From: an uncultured delta proteobacterium
GTDB lineage: Bacteria > Myxococcota > Myxococcia > Myxococcales > Anaeromyxobacteraceae
Assembly: GCA_963828255.1 (NCBI GenBank)
Contig: CAWHDZ010000018.1
Coordinates: 1 to 64,000 of the forward strand
Length of the DNA stretch: 64,000 nucleotides
Direction of reading: 5' to 3'
Part shown: one piece after another, positions 41,049 to 50,469 of the stretch
Layout: every line of letters starts with the position of its first letter
Numbering within the stretch: the stretch's first letter is position 1
Position numbers and translations under genes: made by a program
The notes under the pieces: generated by a model
Seen by the model: the letters and a program-made list of their open reading frames with translations, nothing else
Databases searched by the model: none
Told to the model about the DNA's origin: nothing

Positions 41049-41926
41049 GAGCGCCTCCGTCGGGCGGCGAGGAGACCCAGGAGCGCCAGCGCGGGAGCGA
41101 GGGCACCGGCGCCGCCGGTCCCGCAACCGCCGGCCTCGACCCCGCCATCGGCCTTGTAGACCTCCCAGAAGCTGAGGAACGGGAGCGGCGTGAAGGAGCC
41201 GGTGGCGGCGGTGGTCGCTCCGCCGTTGCCGGCGGAGCTATTGCCGGTGGCGGTGACGGTGTAGGCGACTCCGTTGGTGAGCCCGCCGCAGATGATGTTC
41301 CCGGCAGCTCCGTCCCTCGTGATGGCGGCGCCGCCGGCCGCGGGCGTGCAGGTGACGGTGTAGGTGACGCCCGTGGTGGCCGTCTCGTTGGCGGTGGTGG
41401 TGCCCGGGGTGACGCTCACGGAGAGCTGCGAGTCGCCGGGGCTCACGCCGGTGATGTTCGGCGCAGGCGGGATGGCCAGCTGGAAGTTGAAGGTGCCCTG
41501 GACCACCTGGATCACGCTGGGCACCTGGCCACCCGGCAGGTAGTAGGCGCAGAGGGCGACCTGGACGTCGTTCGCCTGGGTGCAGTCCGCCACGCCGGCC
41601 CCGGTCGCCATGGGCTTCACGAAGACGCCGGAGATGCTCTGGGTCGCGCCGGTGGCGACCTGCTCCAGGATGAATGTCGTGGGGACCGTGGTCCCGCACC
41701 CGGTGGCCGACGCGGTGGCGAGCCTCCACCTGTCCCCCGTGGTGACGGTCACGCCGGTGGCGGCGATGTTCCAGTTCGCGGTGCTCGTCGTGGACTCGCA
41801 CTCGGCCCGGTTGGCCTGGCCGGCGACACCCCGGGTGGACACCGTCGCCGTCACCGTTCCGCCGACTGTCTGGCCGAGGGCGAATCCGGGGAGGAGGAGG
41901 AGGAGAAGCGTGGCTCTGCGAAGCAT
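41045..41926 (-). CDS. Thr/Gly/Cys-rich surface protein with FnIII-like domain and MYXO-CTERM sorting signal (MXAN_2561-like)
   Basis: Signal peptide, GLTNGVAYTVTAT, C-terminal GGCG-hydrophobic-RRRS. Confidence 0.75.
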   Translation of the reverse strand: MLRRATLLLLLLPGFALGQTVGGTVTATVSTRGVAGQANRAECESTTSTANWNIAATGVTVTTGDRWRLATASATGCGTTVPTTFILEQVATGATQSISGVFVKPMATGAGVADCTQANDVQVALCAYYLPGGQVPSVIQVVQGTFNFQLAIPPAPNITGVSPGDSQLSVSVTPGTTTANETATTGVTYTVTCTPAAGGAAITRDGAAGNIICGGLTNGVAYTVTATGNSSAGNGGATTAATGSFTPLPFLSFWEVYKADGGVEAGGCGTGGAGALAPALALLGLLAARRRRS

Positions 41927-41938
41927 GGGAGCCGATTG

Positions 41939-41954
41939 TGCAAGGGCGGGGCCA
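41939..41954 (-). promoter_or_regulatory. Putative sigma54 promoter
   Basis: Minus strand TGGCCC-CGCCC-TTGCA (GG-N10-GC) just upstream of the MYXO-CTERM gene. Confidence 0.45.
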
Positions 41955-42073
41955 CCCATGCAAGCTCCCGTTGCGATTCGGGGACCCCCCGCGAGAGGAC
42001 CGCCCGGGGACTTTTTGGCAATCGGGGGGAACGGCCCGGCTCCAGGGTGCCATTTTGGCAACCCCGGCGAGGC

Positions 42074-43096
42074 CTAGGTTCGCCGGCCCCGGACCCAGGC
42101 CTCGGCGATGCGCACGGCGTTCCCGGCGGCGCCGCGCCGGAGGTTGTCGGCCACCACGAAGAGGTCGAGCCCGTTCTCCTGCGAGCCGTCCTCCCGCACC
42201 CGCCCGACCAGGACCGCGTCGTCGTTCACGGCGAGCATGGGCATGGGGTAGATCCGCTCCTCCGGGGAGTCGATGACCTTGAGCTCGGACGAGGCGCGGA
42301 GCACCGCCCTGGCCCCGTCGGCGGAGAGCGGCCGGGCGGTCCTGAGATTCACCACCAGTCCGTGTGCGTAGAAGACCGGGACGCGGATGGCGGTGGCGGT
42401 CGCGGCCAGGGCCGGCGCGGCGAGAAGGCGGCGGAGCTCCGCGCCCACGGCGCCCTCCACGTCGGTGCTCCCGCCGGGCAGGAAAGCCCCCACCTGCGGG
42501 ACCAGGTTCATCCCCACCCGGTGGGAGAGGTCGGAGGGGTCTGGCTCCTCACCGTTGAGCAGCGCGACCAGCTCCTTCTCGAGCTGCCGCAGGCCGCCCC
42601 GGCCCGAGCCGGAGGCCGCCTGGAGGATGGTGACGACGACCCGCTGGATTCCGGCCTCCCGGTGGATGGGGGCGAGCGCCAGCGCGAGCGGGACCACCGG
42701 GCCGGACGGGCTCGCCACGACGCCACGGGCCTCCCCGGCGGCGACGTCGGCGTCGTTCACCCCGGCCACCACGAGCGGGACGCCCTCGACCGAGCGGAAG
42801 GCGCCCGAGAGGTCGATGGCCAGGCAGCCCTCCGCCCACGCCTTCGGGGCGAGCTCGCGGGCCACCGCGGCCGGGACCGCCAGGATGGCCGCGTCGCATC
42901 CACGGAAGGAGCGGTCTGTGAGGGTCTCGACCTCCAGCTCGTCGCCCCGGAACTCGAGGAGGTCGACCTCCGAGCGCGAAGTCGCGAAGAGCCGGAGCTC
43001 GACGGGGATCTCGCGTGATTCCAGGTCCTCCAGGACGGCCCGGCCCACCGACCCGGTCGCACCCACCACGGCGAGCTTCAGCGGTCTCACGGTCAT
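42074..43096 (-). CDS. Aspartate-semialdehyde dehydrogenase-family protein (Usg-like, catalytic Cys absent)
   Basis: VGATGSVG, VPLVVAGVN, QAASGSG, RVPVFYAH, VGRVRED, ADNLRRGAA; the NPNC motif is replaced by SPSG. Confidence 0.85.
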   Translation of the reverse strand: MTVRPLKLAVVGATGSVGRAVLEDLESREIPVELRLFATSRSEVDLLEFRGDELEVETLTDRSFRGCDAAILAVPAAVARELAPKAWAEGCLAIDLSGAFRSVEGVPLVVAGVNDADVAAGEARGVVASPSGPVVPLALALAPIHREAGIQRVVVTILQAASGSGRGGLRQLEKELVALLNGEEPDPSDLSHRVGMNLVPQVGAFLPGGSTDVEGAVGAELRRLLAAPALAATATAIRVPVFYAHGLVVNLRTARPLSADGARAVLRASSELKVIDSPEERIYPMPMLAVNDDAVLVGRVREDGSQENGLDLFVVADNLRRGAAGNAVRIAEAWVRGRRT

Positions 43097-44010
43097 CGGC
43101 GGGACTCCTCGAGGAGCAGGTCGCGGAGCGCGGGCTCGAGCGACGGCCAGCGGAACCGGTATCCGAGCGCCAGCGCCGCCCGCGGCACCACGCGCTGGCT
43201 GGCGAGCACGACCTCGGCCATCTCGCCCAGCACGGCGCGGACGGCGAAGGCCGGAGCGACGAGCAGGCTGGGGCGCCGCAGCACGCGACCCAGCGCACGG
43301 GCCAGGTCGCGGTTGCGCACCGGGTCGGGCGCGGTGGCGTTCACCGGCCCCTGGGCGAGCGGGTTCTCGAGGGCCAGCCGGAGGATGCCGACCTGGTCGG
43401 CGACGTGGATCCAGGACTGCCAGAAGCCACCGTCCCCGATGGGGCCGCCGGCCAGCATCTTGAAGGGCAGGACGAGCTTGGGGAGCGCCCCACCCTCGGC
43501 GGCGAGCACGATGCCGGTGCGGACGAGCACCACCCGGGCCCGCTTCGCGGCCACACGGGTGGCCTCCTCCCACTCCTGGGCGACGTGCCCGAGAAAGTCG
43601 TTCCCGGCCGGGAAGGTCTCGTCCACCACCTCGTCGCCGCGCGGGCCGTAGAAGCCGATGGCGCTGCCGTTCACCAGCACCGCCGGCCCCCCGGCCGCGA
43701 GGACAGCGGCGACGTTCCGGGTGGCGAGCACCCGGCTGTCGCGGATGCGCTTGCGCCGCTCGTCGGTCCAGCGCCCCCCGGCCACCGGCTCGCCGGCCAG
43801 GTTCACGCAGGCGTCGCAGCGGGACAGCTCCTCCTGCCAGGGCCCGGCGACGGCCGGATCTCCCTTCACCATCCGTGTACCATCCGGCATCCCGGCGGGA
43901 GCGTCGCCGCGCGAGAGGGCCACCACCTCGTGGCCGTCTGCGGTGAGCGACGCGGAGAGCGCGCGGCCGATGAGCCCGGTGGCCCCTGTGACGAAGACGC
44001 GCATGGTCAT
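43093..44010 (-). CDS. TIGR01777-type NAD-dependent epimerase family protein
   Basis: TGATGLIG, NLAGEP, SRVLAT, SAIGFYG, WIHVAD, SQRVVP. Confidence 0.92.
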   Translation of the reverse strand: MTMRVFVTGATGLIGRALSASLTADGHEVVALSRGDAPAGMPDGTRMVKGDPAVAGPWQEELSRCDACVNLAGEPVAGGRWTDERRKRIRDSRVLATRNVAAVLAAGGPAVLVNGSAIGFYGPRGDEVVDETFPAGNDFLGHVAQEWEEATRVAAKRARVVLVRTGIVLAAEGGALPKLVLPFKMLAGGPIGDGGFWQSWIHVADQVGILRLALENPLAQGPVNATAPDPVRNRDLARALGRVLRRPSLLVAPAFAVRAVLGEMAEVVLASQRVVPRAALALGYRFRWPSLEPALRDLLLEESRR

Positions 44011-44735
44011 GGGATCCCGTTGGGGAACTTCACCTCGGCCTCGCTCTTGCGGACGTAGTGGGGCTCGAGTGCGAAGAGTGCACGGTCGTCGAAGGGGACC
44101 GCCTCGAGGCGCGGAGCGGCGAGCCGCCCCACCGCGTCGCCGGAGGGGGTTTCGGGCGCGCCGTCGAGCCGGGGGAGCAGCGGCCCCAGCACGGCGGCGT
44201 GGGCGGCGAACCCCTCGCCGAAGCCGAAGGCCTTCCCCAGCCCCTCGATCCGCGAGGCCACCGCGTCCGGGGCGACCGCCTCCTCGGGACGGACCGCCGC
44301 GACGCCTCCCCCGGCGGCCCGGTAGAAGCCCGCGTAGACCTCCCCCTTGCGCGCGTCGAGCATGGGGACGAGCAGCGCGTCGCTCCCGGGCGGCAGCGCG
44401 GCGGCCGCCTCGAGCGCCATGGCGGCCAGGCTCGAGACGCCGGCGATGGGGCGCCGGTTGGCGTAGGCGAGCCCCTTCCAGGTGGCGAGGCCGATGCGCA
44501 GCCCGGTGAAGGAGCCGGGGCCGAGGCCGACGGCGAAGCCCTCCAGGTCGGCCACCTTCCGCCCCAGCACGGCGAGCAGGTCGGTGAGGGCGCCGGGGAG
44601 CCGGATGCCGTGCCCCACGCCGGGCCCGGCCTGCCGGTCGGTCCGGGTGGTCAGGACCTCGACCGCGCCGCCCCGCAGCTCGAGGAGCGCGCAGGAGAGC
44701 GTGGGGGTGGCGGTATCGATGGCGGCGACGAGCAT
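44007..44735 (-). CDS. tsaB: tRNA t6A biosynthesis protein TsaB
   Basis: AIDTAT, GPGSFTGLRIG, DARKGEVY, PHYVRKSEAE. Confidence 0.95.
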   Translation of the reverse strand: MLVAAIDTATPTLSCALLELRGGAVEVLTTRTDRQAGPGVGHGIRLPGALTDLLAVLGRKVADLEGFAVGLGPGSFTGLRIGLATWKGLAYANRRPIAGVSSLAAMALEAAAALPPGSDALLVPMLDARKGEVYAGFYRAAGGGVAAVRPEEAVAPDAVASRIEGLGKAFGFGEGFAAHAAVLGPLLPRLDGAPETPSGDAVGRLAAPRLEAVPFDDRALFALEPHYVRKSEAEVKFPNGIP

Positions 44736-44752
44736 GGCCGGGGAGGGATCCC

Positions 44753-46426
44753 CTACCCCATCAGCCGGACGATGTCGTTCTTGAAGACGAAGATCATCAG
44801 GAAGACGAGCAGCAGGATGCCGACCAGGTTGGCGACCTCGCGGGTCCGCAGGGAGAGCGGCTTGCGGGTGGCCGCCTCGACCGCCGTGGCCACGATGTGG
44901 CCGCCGTCGAGGACCGGGATGGGGAGCAGGTTCATGAGGCCGAGGTTCACGCTGATGAGCGCCATCTTGAAGAGGAAGGAGGACCAGCCCTCCTGCGCGG
45001 CCTGGGCGGCGATCTGGAAGAGCATGATCGGGCCGCCCACGGTCTTGAAGCTGATCTCCCCCTGCACGATCCGGGCGATGCCGAGGGCGGTGAGGCGCAC
45101 CACCTCGCCGAGGTGCCCCACGGCGTTGCCCAGCGCCTCGCCGACGCCGATGGAGAGCGCCACCTCCTCGGCCATGAGCGCCTTCGAGGCGACGAGCCCG
45201 CGCTGGTCGGGGAAGAACCCCAGGACCACGCGGCGGCGCGGCTCGCGGGTCATCTCGTCCACGTACTCCTGGTCGGAGGGGACGAGCTCGGCGACCCGGC
45301 CATCGGCCAGGCCGAGCTTCACCGGCTTCCCGGAGAGGAACTCGGCCGACTGCTGGTTCAGCTCCCGGAAGGAGAGGACCGGCCTGCCGTTCACGGCGGT
45401 GATGGCGTCGCCGCGGCGCAGCCCGGCCAGGTCGGCGGGGCTTCCCGGGACCACCTCGGCGACGAAGGCGGAGACGAGGGGGTCTGCGGCGACGAAGGCG
45501 GGACGGCCGTCCACGCAGCTGGGCACCGCGTCGAGCTTCACCGGCGTGTAGCTGGAGACGGCGACGCCCGGGGCCCCGACCGGCGTCTCGCGGAGCACCT
45601 CGAGATCGACCGGCGCGCAGGGCGAGGCGCGGAGGACCCGGTCGAGCTCCCCCATGTTCTTCACCGGCGTCCCGCCCGCCCGGACCACGAGGTCGAACGG
45701 GGCGAGCGGACCGGCGCTCCCCGGAAGCACCGGAGCGACCACCGCCGCCGGCCAGGCCGGGGACACCCCGATGACGCCGCGCGTGACCGTCTCGACCGGG
45801 TTGGACTCCTTCTCGGCGGCCGGGATCACCGGCACGACGAGCTGCTGGCCGCCTCTTTCCACCGTGAAGTCGATCCGCTCGCCGGCGCGGGGGGCGACCA
45901 TCTCGCGGAGGTCGGAGAAGTAATGGATGGGGACCGGCTGCTTCCCGGGGACGGTCACGAAGACCACCCGGTCGCCGGCCTGGAGCCCGGCCCGCTGCGC
46001 CGCCGACCCGGGCATGACGGTGCCCAGGGTGGGACCGGGCACCGCCGAGCCATTCTGGGCCAGCGCCAGCGCGAAGTAGATGACCACCGGGAAGGCGAGG
46101 TTGGCGGCCGGGCCGGCGAAGGCGATGATGAACCGCTTCCAGGGCGGGGCCTCGAGGAAGCCGCGCCCGCGGTCCTCGGGCGCCACCTCGGCGCCCGGCT
46201 CGTCGCCCGCCATCTTCACGTAGCCGCCCAGCGGCAGCAGCGCGATCACGTACTCGGTCTCGCCGCGCCGGAAGCCGAGCAGCCTGGGGCCGAAGCCGAT
46301 GGAGAACTTCACCACCTTCACCCCGAGCAGCTTGGCCGCGATGAAGTGGCCGAGCTCGTGGACGAAGATGAGCCCTCCGAGGAGGAGGACGATCGATCCG
46401 ACCTTGAGGAGGATGTCGCTTGCCAT
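44753..46426 (-). CDS. rseP: RIP metalloprotease RseP with multiple PDZ domains
   Basis: HELGH, FSIGFGP, PLGGYVKM, NLLPIPVLDGGH. Confidence 0.95.
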   Translation of the reverse strand: MASDILLKVGSIVLLLGGLIFVHELGHFIAAKLLGVKVVKFSIGFGPRLLGFRRGETEYVIALLPLGGYVKMAGDEPGAEVAPEDRGRGFLEAPPWKRFIIAFAGPAANLAFPVVIYFALALAQNGSAVPGPTLGTVMPGSAAQRAGLQAGDRVVFVTVPGKQPVPIHYFSDLREMVAPRAGERIDFTVERGGQQLVVPVIPAAEKESNPVETVTRGVIGVSPAWPAAVVAPVLPGSAGPLAPFDLVVRAGGTPVKNMGELDRVLRASPCAPVDLEVLRETPVGAPGVAVSSYTPVKLDAVPSCVDGRPAFVAADPLVSAFVAEVVPGSPADLAGLRRGDAITAVNGRPVLSFRELNQQSAEFLSGKPVKLGLADGRVAELVPSDQEYVDEMTREPRRRVVLGFFPDQRGLVASKALMAEEVALSIGVGEALGNAVGHLGEVVRLTALGIARIVQGEISFKTVGGPIMLFQIAAQAAQEGWSSFLFKMALISVNLGLMNLLPIPVLDGGHIVATAVEAATRKPLSLRTREVANLVGILLLVFLMIFVFKNDIVRLMG

Positions 46427-46496
46427 TGGGTCTTCGGTGTCCGGGGACAGCCCGGGTCTTACCCGGACAACCGCCGGCGTGCAGGGGGATTCCCGG

Positions 46497-47657
46497 TCAG
46501 GCCGGGTCCTTTCCCACCCGCCGCACCGCCTCGGCCCTTCCCCGGTCGGAGGCTTCGATGGCCTGGTCCACCGAGTCGAGCCGCTCCGGGCGATGGGCGT
46601 CGAGCACCTCGGCGCAGACCTGGGCGATGGCGTCGAAGGTGCACCGCCCCGCCAGGAAGGCTTCCACCACGCCCTCGTCGGCGCCGGAGAGGACCGCCGG
46701 GGCGGTGCCCCCCATCTCCAGCGCCCGGTAGGCCAGCGTGAAGGCCGGGAAGCGGGCCGGGTCGGGGGCCTCGAAGGAGAGGCGGCCCACCCGCGCCAGG
46801 TCGAGCGGGGGCAGGTCGAGGGGCATGCGGTCGGGGTGGCAGAGGGCGTAGCTGATGGGGCCGCGCATGTCGGACACGCCCAGCTGGGCCACCACCTGGC
46901 CGTCCACGTATTCCACCATGGAGTGCACGATTGACTCGGGGTGAACGAGGATGTCGATGCGGTCGGGCGGGACGTCGAAGAGCCAGCGGGCCTCGATGAC
47001 CTCGAGCCCCTTGTTCATCAGGGTGGCCGAGTCGATGGTGATCTTGGCGCCCATGGTCCAGTTGGGGTGGCGCAGGGCCTCGGCGGGGGTGACCTGGGGC
47101 AACCGCTCGGCCGGGAATCCCCGCAGCGGGCCGCCCGAGGCGGTGAGGATGAGCCGCCGCACCTCGGCGTGGTTGTGGCCGGCCAGCGACTGGAAGATGG
47201 CGCTGTGCTCGCTGTCCACCGGGAGGATGGAGACGTTCTTCTCGGCCGCCCGTCGCATGACGAGCTCGCCCGCCAGGACCAGCGACTCCTTGTTGGCGAG
47301 CCCGACGGGCTTCCCGGCCTCGACCGCCGCGGCCGTGGATCGCAGCCCGGCCCCGCCGGAGATGGCGGCCAGCACGAAGTCGGCCTCGTGGAGCGAGGCC
47401 ACCGCCACCGCCCCGGCCTCGCCGTGCCGGATCTCCGGGGCGTCCTTGCCGAGCCGCTCGCGCAGCCCTTCGGCCGCGGCCGCGTCGGAGACCGAGACCA
47501 GGAGCGGGCGGAATGTCCGGACCTGCTCGGCCAGCCGCTCGACGTTGCGCCCGGCGGAGAGGGCGACCACCTGGAACCGTCCCGGCGACCGCGACACCAC
47601 GTCGAGGGCCTGGACGCCGATGGAGCCGGTGGAGCCCAGGATGGAGAGGCGCTTCAT
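46497..47657 (-). CDS. dxr: 1-deoxy-D-xylulose 5-phosphate reductoisomerase
   Basis: LGSTGSIG, LANKESLV, PVDSEHSAIFQ, TIDSATLMNKGLE. Confidence 0.96.
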   Translation of the reverse strand: MKRLSILGSTGSIGVQALDVVSRSPGRFQVVALSAGRNVERLAEQVRTFRPLLVSVSDAAAAEGLRERLGKDAPEIRHGEAGAVAVASLHEADFVLAAISGGAGLRSTAAAVEAGKPVGLANKESLVLAGELVMRRAAEKNVSILPVDSEHSAIFQSLAGHNHAEVRRLILTASGGPLRGFPAERLPQVTPAEALRHPNWTMGAKITIDSATLMNKGLEVIEARWLFDVPPDRIDILVHPESIVHSMVEYVDGQVVAQLGVSDMRGPISYALCHPDRMPLDLPPLDLARVGRLSFEAPDPARFPAFTLAYRALEMGGTAPAVLSGADEGVVEAFLAGRCTFDAIAQVCAEVLDAHRPERLDSVDQAIEASDRGRAEAVRRVGKDPA

Positions 47658-48493
47658 CGGTGGAACCACAGGGAGCACGCGACCACCCAGGGCGCCACGA
47701 AGAGCACCGCGTCGATGCGGTCGAGCAGCCCGCCGTGCCCCGGGATGACCCTTCCGGAGTCCTTCACGCCGGCGGCCCGCTTGAGCATGGACTCGGAGAG
47801 GTCGCCGAGCGGCCCGAGCACGGCCCCGCCGGCTCCCACCAGCACCGCGGCCGGGACCGACAGTTCGGGAATGAAGAGCGCCTTCACCGCCAGTGCACCG
47901 AGGACGCTGCCGGCGGCCCCGCCCCAGAACCCCTCCCAGGTCTTCTTGGGGGAGATGCGCGGCGCCAGCGGCCGCTTGCCCAGGAAGCGCCCGGCGAAGT
48001 AGGCCAGCGTGTCGTTGGCCCAGGTCACCACGAAGAGGAGCACCACCCACTCCCAGCCCGCCCCCTCGCGCAGCGCCACCACCGCCGCGGGCAGGAGCCC
48101 GGCGTAGCCCCAGGCCAGCGCCGCCAGCGCCGCCGACCGCGGAGCCTGGGCGAGCTCGCCGCGCTGCAGCAGGGCGGCGACGAGCAGCGCGACCACCGCC
48201 CCGGCGCCGATCACGCCGGCCCAGTCCTGCAGGGGCTTGCCCCCGTCGTTCCAGAGCCAGGCGAAGATGGGCATGGCCGCGGCGCCGACGACGCCGACCC
48301 AGCCGGTGGGCAGCAACCGCTTCTCGAACATCCAGAGGAGCTCGCCGGCCGAGAGCGCGGCCGCGATGGCGATGAGCACCGCGAAGTAGCCGTGGCCGAG
48401 CCAGGTGAACCAGACGGCGAAGGGGAAGAGGACGAGCGCGGTGACGACGCGGACCGCCAGGTTGCGGTTCTGCTCGCTCGCCGCGGCGGCCAT
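47654..48493 (-). CDS. cdsA: Phosphatidate cytidylyltransferase
   Basis: ISPKKTWEG, GDLSESMLKR..GVKDSG..IPGHGGLLDRID. Confidence 0.95.
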   Translation of the reverse strand: MAAAASEQNRNLAVRVVTALVLFPFAVWFTWLGHGYFAVLIAIAAALSAGELLWMFEKRLLPTGWVGVVGAAAMPIFAWLWNDGGKPLQDWAGVIGAGAVVALLVAALLQRGELAQAPRSAALAALAWGYAGLLPAAVVALREGAGWEWVVLLFVVTWANDTLAYFAGRFLGKRPLAPRISPKKTWEGFWGGAAGSVLGALAVKALFIPELSVPAAVLVGAGGAVLGPLGDLSESMLKRAAGVKDSGRVIPGHGGLLDRIDAVLFVAPWVVACSLWFHR

Positions 48494-49209
48494 CAGGCCC
48501 CCCCCACCTGGCCGGCGGTCAGCCCGAACCGGCGTTCCCGATCCTGGAAGTCGGCGATGGCGCCGAGCAGGTCGAGCTCGCGGAAGTCGGGCCAGAGGGT
48601 GTCCACGAAGACCATCTCGGCGTAGGCCGCCTGCCAGAGGAGGAAGTTGGAGATGCGCCGCTCCCCGCTGGTTCGCACCAGGAGATCCAGCGGGGGCAGG
48701 GACGCGGTCCAGAGGTTCCGCTCGATGGCCGCGGCGTCCACGGGACCGGCCCGGGCGGCGGCCTGGGCGGCCTGGACGATCTCCTCCTGGCCGCCGTACG
48801 ACAGGGCGAGCGTGAGCACCATGCCGTCGTTGCCCGCCGAGGCGGCGCGGACCGACTCGAGCCGCTCCCGCACGAAGCCGGGAAGGCGGTCGGTGTCGCC
48901 GATGGTGTGGAGCCGGATCCGGTTGTCGAGGATCTCGGCCCGCTCGGAGTCGAGGTACTCGGCGAGCAGCTGCATGAGTGCGCCGACCTCGTCCTCGGGG
49001 CGCCCCCAGTTCTGGGAGCTGAAGGCGTAGAGGGTGAGGGCCTCGAGGCCGATCTTGCGGGCCTCGCGGGTCACCGACCGGACCGACCTCGAACCTTCCC
49101 GGTGCCCCTCGACCCGCGACATCCCGCGGGTTTCCGCCCAGCGCCCGTTTCCGTCCATGATGACGGCGACGTGGCGCGGCAGGGGGCGCGCGCGGACCAG
49201 ATCCTCCAT
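48493..49209 (-). CDS. uppS: Undecaprenyl diphosphate synthase
   Basis: HVAVIMDGNGRW, YAFSSQNW, RTSGERRISNFLLWQ, RERRFG. An alternative GTG start lies at 49236. Confidence 0.95.
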   Translation of the reverse strand: MEDLVRARPLPRHVAVIMDGNGRWAETRGMSRVEGHREGSRSVRSVTREARKIGLEALTLYAFSSQNWGRPEDEVGALMQLLAEYLDSERAEILDNRIRLHTIGDTDRLPGFVRERLESVRAASAGNDGMVLTLALSYGGQEEIVQAAQAAARAGPVDAAAIERNLWTASLPPLDLLVRTSGERRISNFLLWQAAYAEMVFVDTLWPDFRELDLLGAIADFQDRERRFGLTAGQVGGA

Positions 49210-49332
49210 CCAGGGAACGAGATTTTTCTCGGCCACGGGCGGGCTTATAGCACGCCACCCGGACCGGCTGGCCAGCGGAGGGGCGACCGGAAGGTTTGAC
49301 CCCTTGCCCCGGCGACCTCTATCCTTTTCTCC

Positions 49333-50460
49333 GTGCCCCCGCGGTGCGTCGGTCCATGGGAGATCCTGACGGTCATCGGCCGCGGTGGAGTGGGAACCGT
49401 CTACCGGGCCCGCCACCTCCTCGACGGCATGCCAGCGGCGGTGAAGCTCCTGGGTCCCGCTCCCGCCGTGGACCCCACCTCGGCCCGACGGCTGGCCCGC
49501 GAGTTCGAGGTGCTGCGCGCGCTCGAGCACCCCAACGTGGTGCGGGTCTTCGACGCCGGCCAGGCCGAGGGGTACTCCTGGCTCGCCATGGAGCTCGTCG
49601 AGGGGCTCGACCTCCGCACCTACCTGGCGCCCCTGGCCGGCAGCCCCATCCTCGAGCTCTCCTCCACCCACGGCACCTCTCCCGCCCACGAGGGGGTCGG
49701 GGGGCTGGTCTTCGACATGGAGGCCTGGCTGCGCGAGCCGGAGACCCACGCCGACGTGGAGGCGATCGTGGCCCGCCCGCCCGGCGCCGGCGTGGACGAC
49801 ATCCGGGCCTTCGCCGACCTCATGGAGGAGCCGGAGACCGCCGACCGATCCGGCTCGTGGGAGCGGGCCGCCGACCCGCCTCACGCCGTGGACCTGGCCG
49901 CGGGGGAGGAGCCGGAGCCGGAGCCCCCCTCGGCGGCGCTGGCGCTGCAGCTCAACCGGCCGGAGCGGCTGGCCCGGATGCGGTCCGTCATCGGCGAGGT
50001 GCTCGGCGCGCTCGACTTCGTGCACGGGCGCGGCTTCGTCCACCGCGACCTCAAGCCGTCGAACATCATGGTGGACGACGCGCGGCGGGCGCGGATCATG
50101 GACTTCGGCCTGGTGAAGCAGCTCACCGACGCGAGCGCCCTCACCCTGTCGAACCGGGTCGTGGGCACCTACCGGTACATGGCGCCGGAGCAGGCGGCCG
50201 GCCGCGACGTGGACCACCGCGCCGATCTCTGGAGCATGGGGGTGATCCTGTACGAGCTCCTGGTCGGGAGGCCCCCCTTCCCGTCGTCGGTGCCCGCCGA
50301 GCTGTGGCGGGAGATCACCACCGTCGAGCCGCCCTCCATCCGGGAGATGAACCCCGGCGCCGACCCGTTGCTCGCGGCCGCGTCGGAGCGGCTGCTGCGC
50401 AAGGACCCGGCGAAGCGCTTCCAGAGCGCGGCAGAGGTGCGCGCGGCGGCGAAGCTGTAG
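49333..50460 (+). CDS. Hanks-type Ser/Thr protein kinase with large internal insertion
   Basis: GRGGVG, AVK, HPNVV, HRDLKPSN, DFG, YMAPE, ADLWSMG. TTGACC-18-TATCCT promoter at 49296-49325. Confidence 0.92.
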   Translation: MPPRCVGPWEILTVIGRGGVGTVYRARHLLDGMPAAVKLLGPAPAVDPTSARRLAREFEVLRALEHPNVVRVFDAGQAEGYSWLAMELVEGLDLRTYLAPLAGSPILELSSTHGTSPAHEGVGGLVFDMEAWLREPETHADVEAIVARPPGAGVDDIRAFADLMEEPETADRSGSWERAADPPHAVDLAAGEEPEPEPPSAALALQLNRPERLARMRSVIGEVLGALDFVHGRGFVHRDLKPSNIMVDDARRARIMDFGLVKQLTDASALTLSNRVVGTYRYMAPEQAAGRDVDHRADLWSMGVILYELLVGRPPFPSSVPAELWREITTVEPPSIREMNPGADPLLAAASERLLRKDPAKRFQSAAEVRAAAKL

Positions 50461-50469
50461 CGGCGTCTA

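Noticed and set aside
36757..41148. 1463-aa minus ORF and the many other long Arg/Gly/Pro-rich overlapping ORFs (e.g. 17986-20730, 29933-32968, 30000-32672)
   Set aside because: Stop-codon scarcity in very GC-rich DNA. They overlap well-supported genes and have no motifs.
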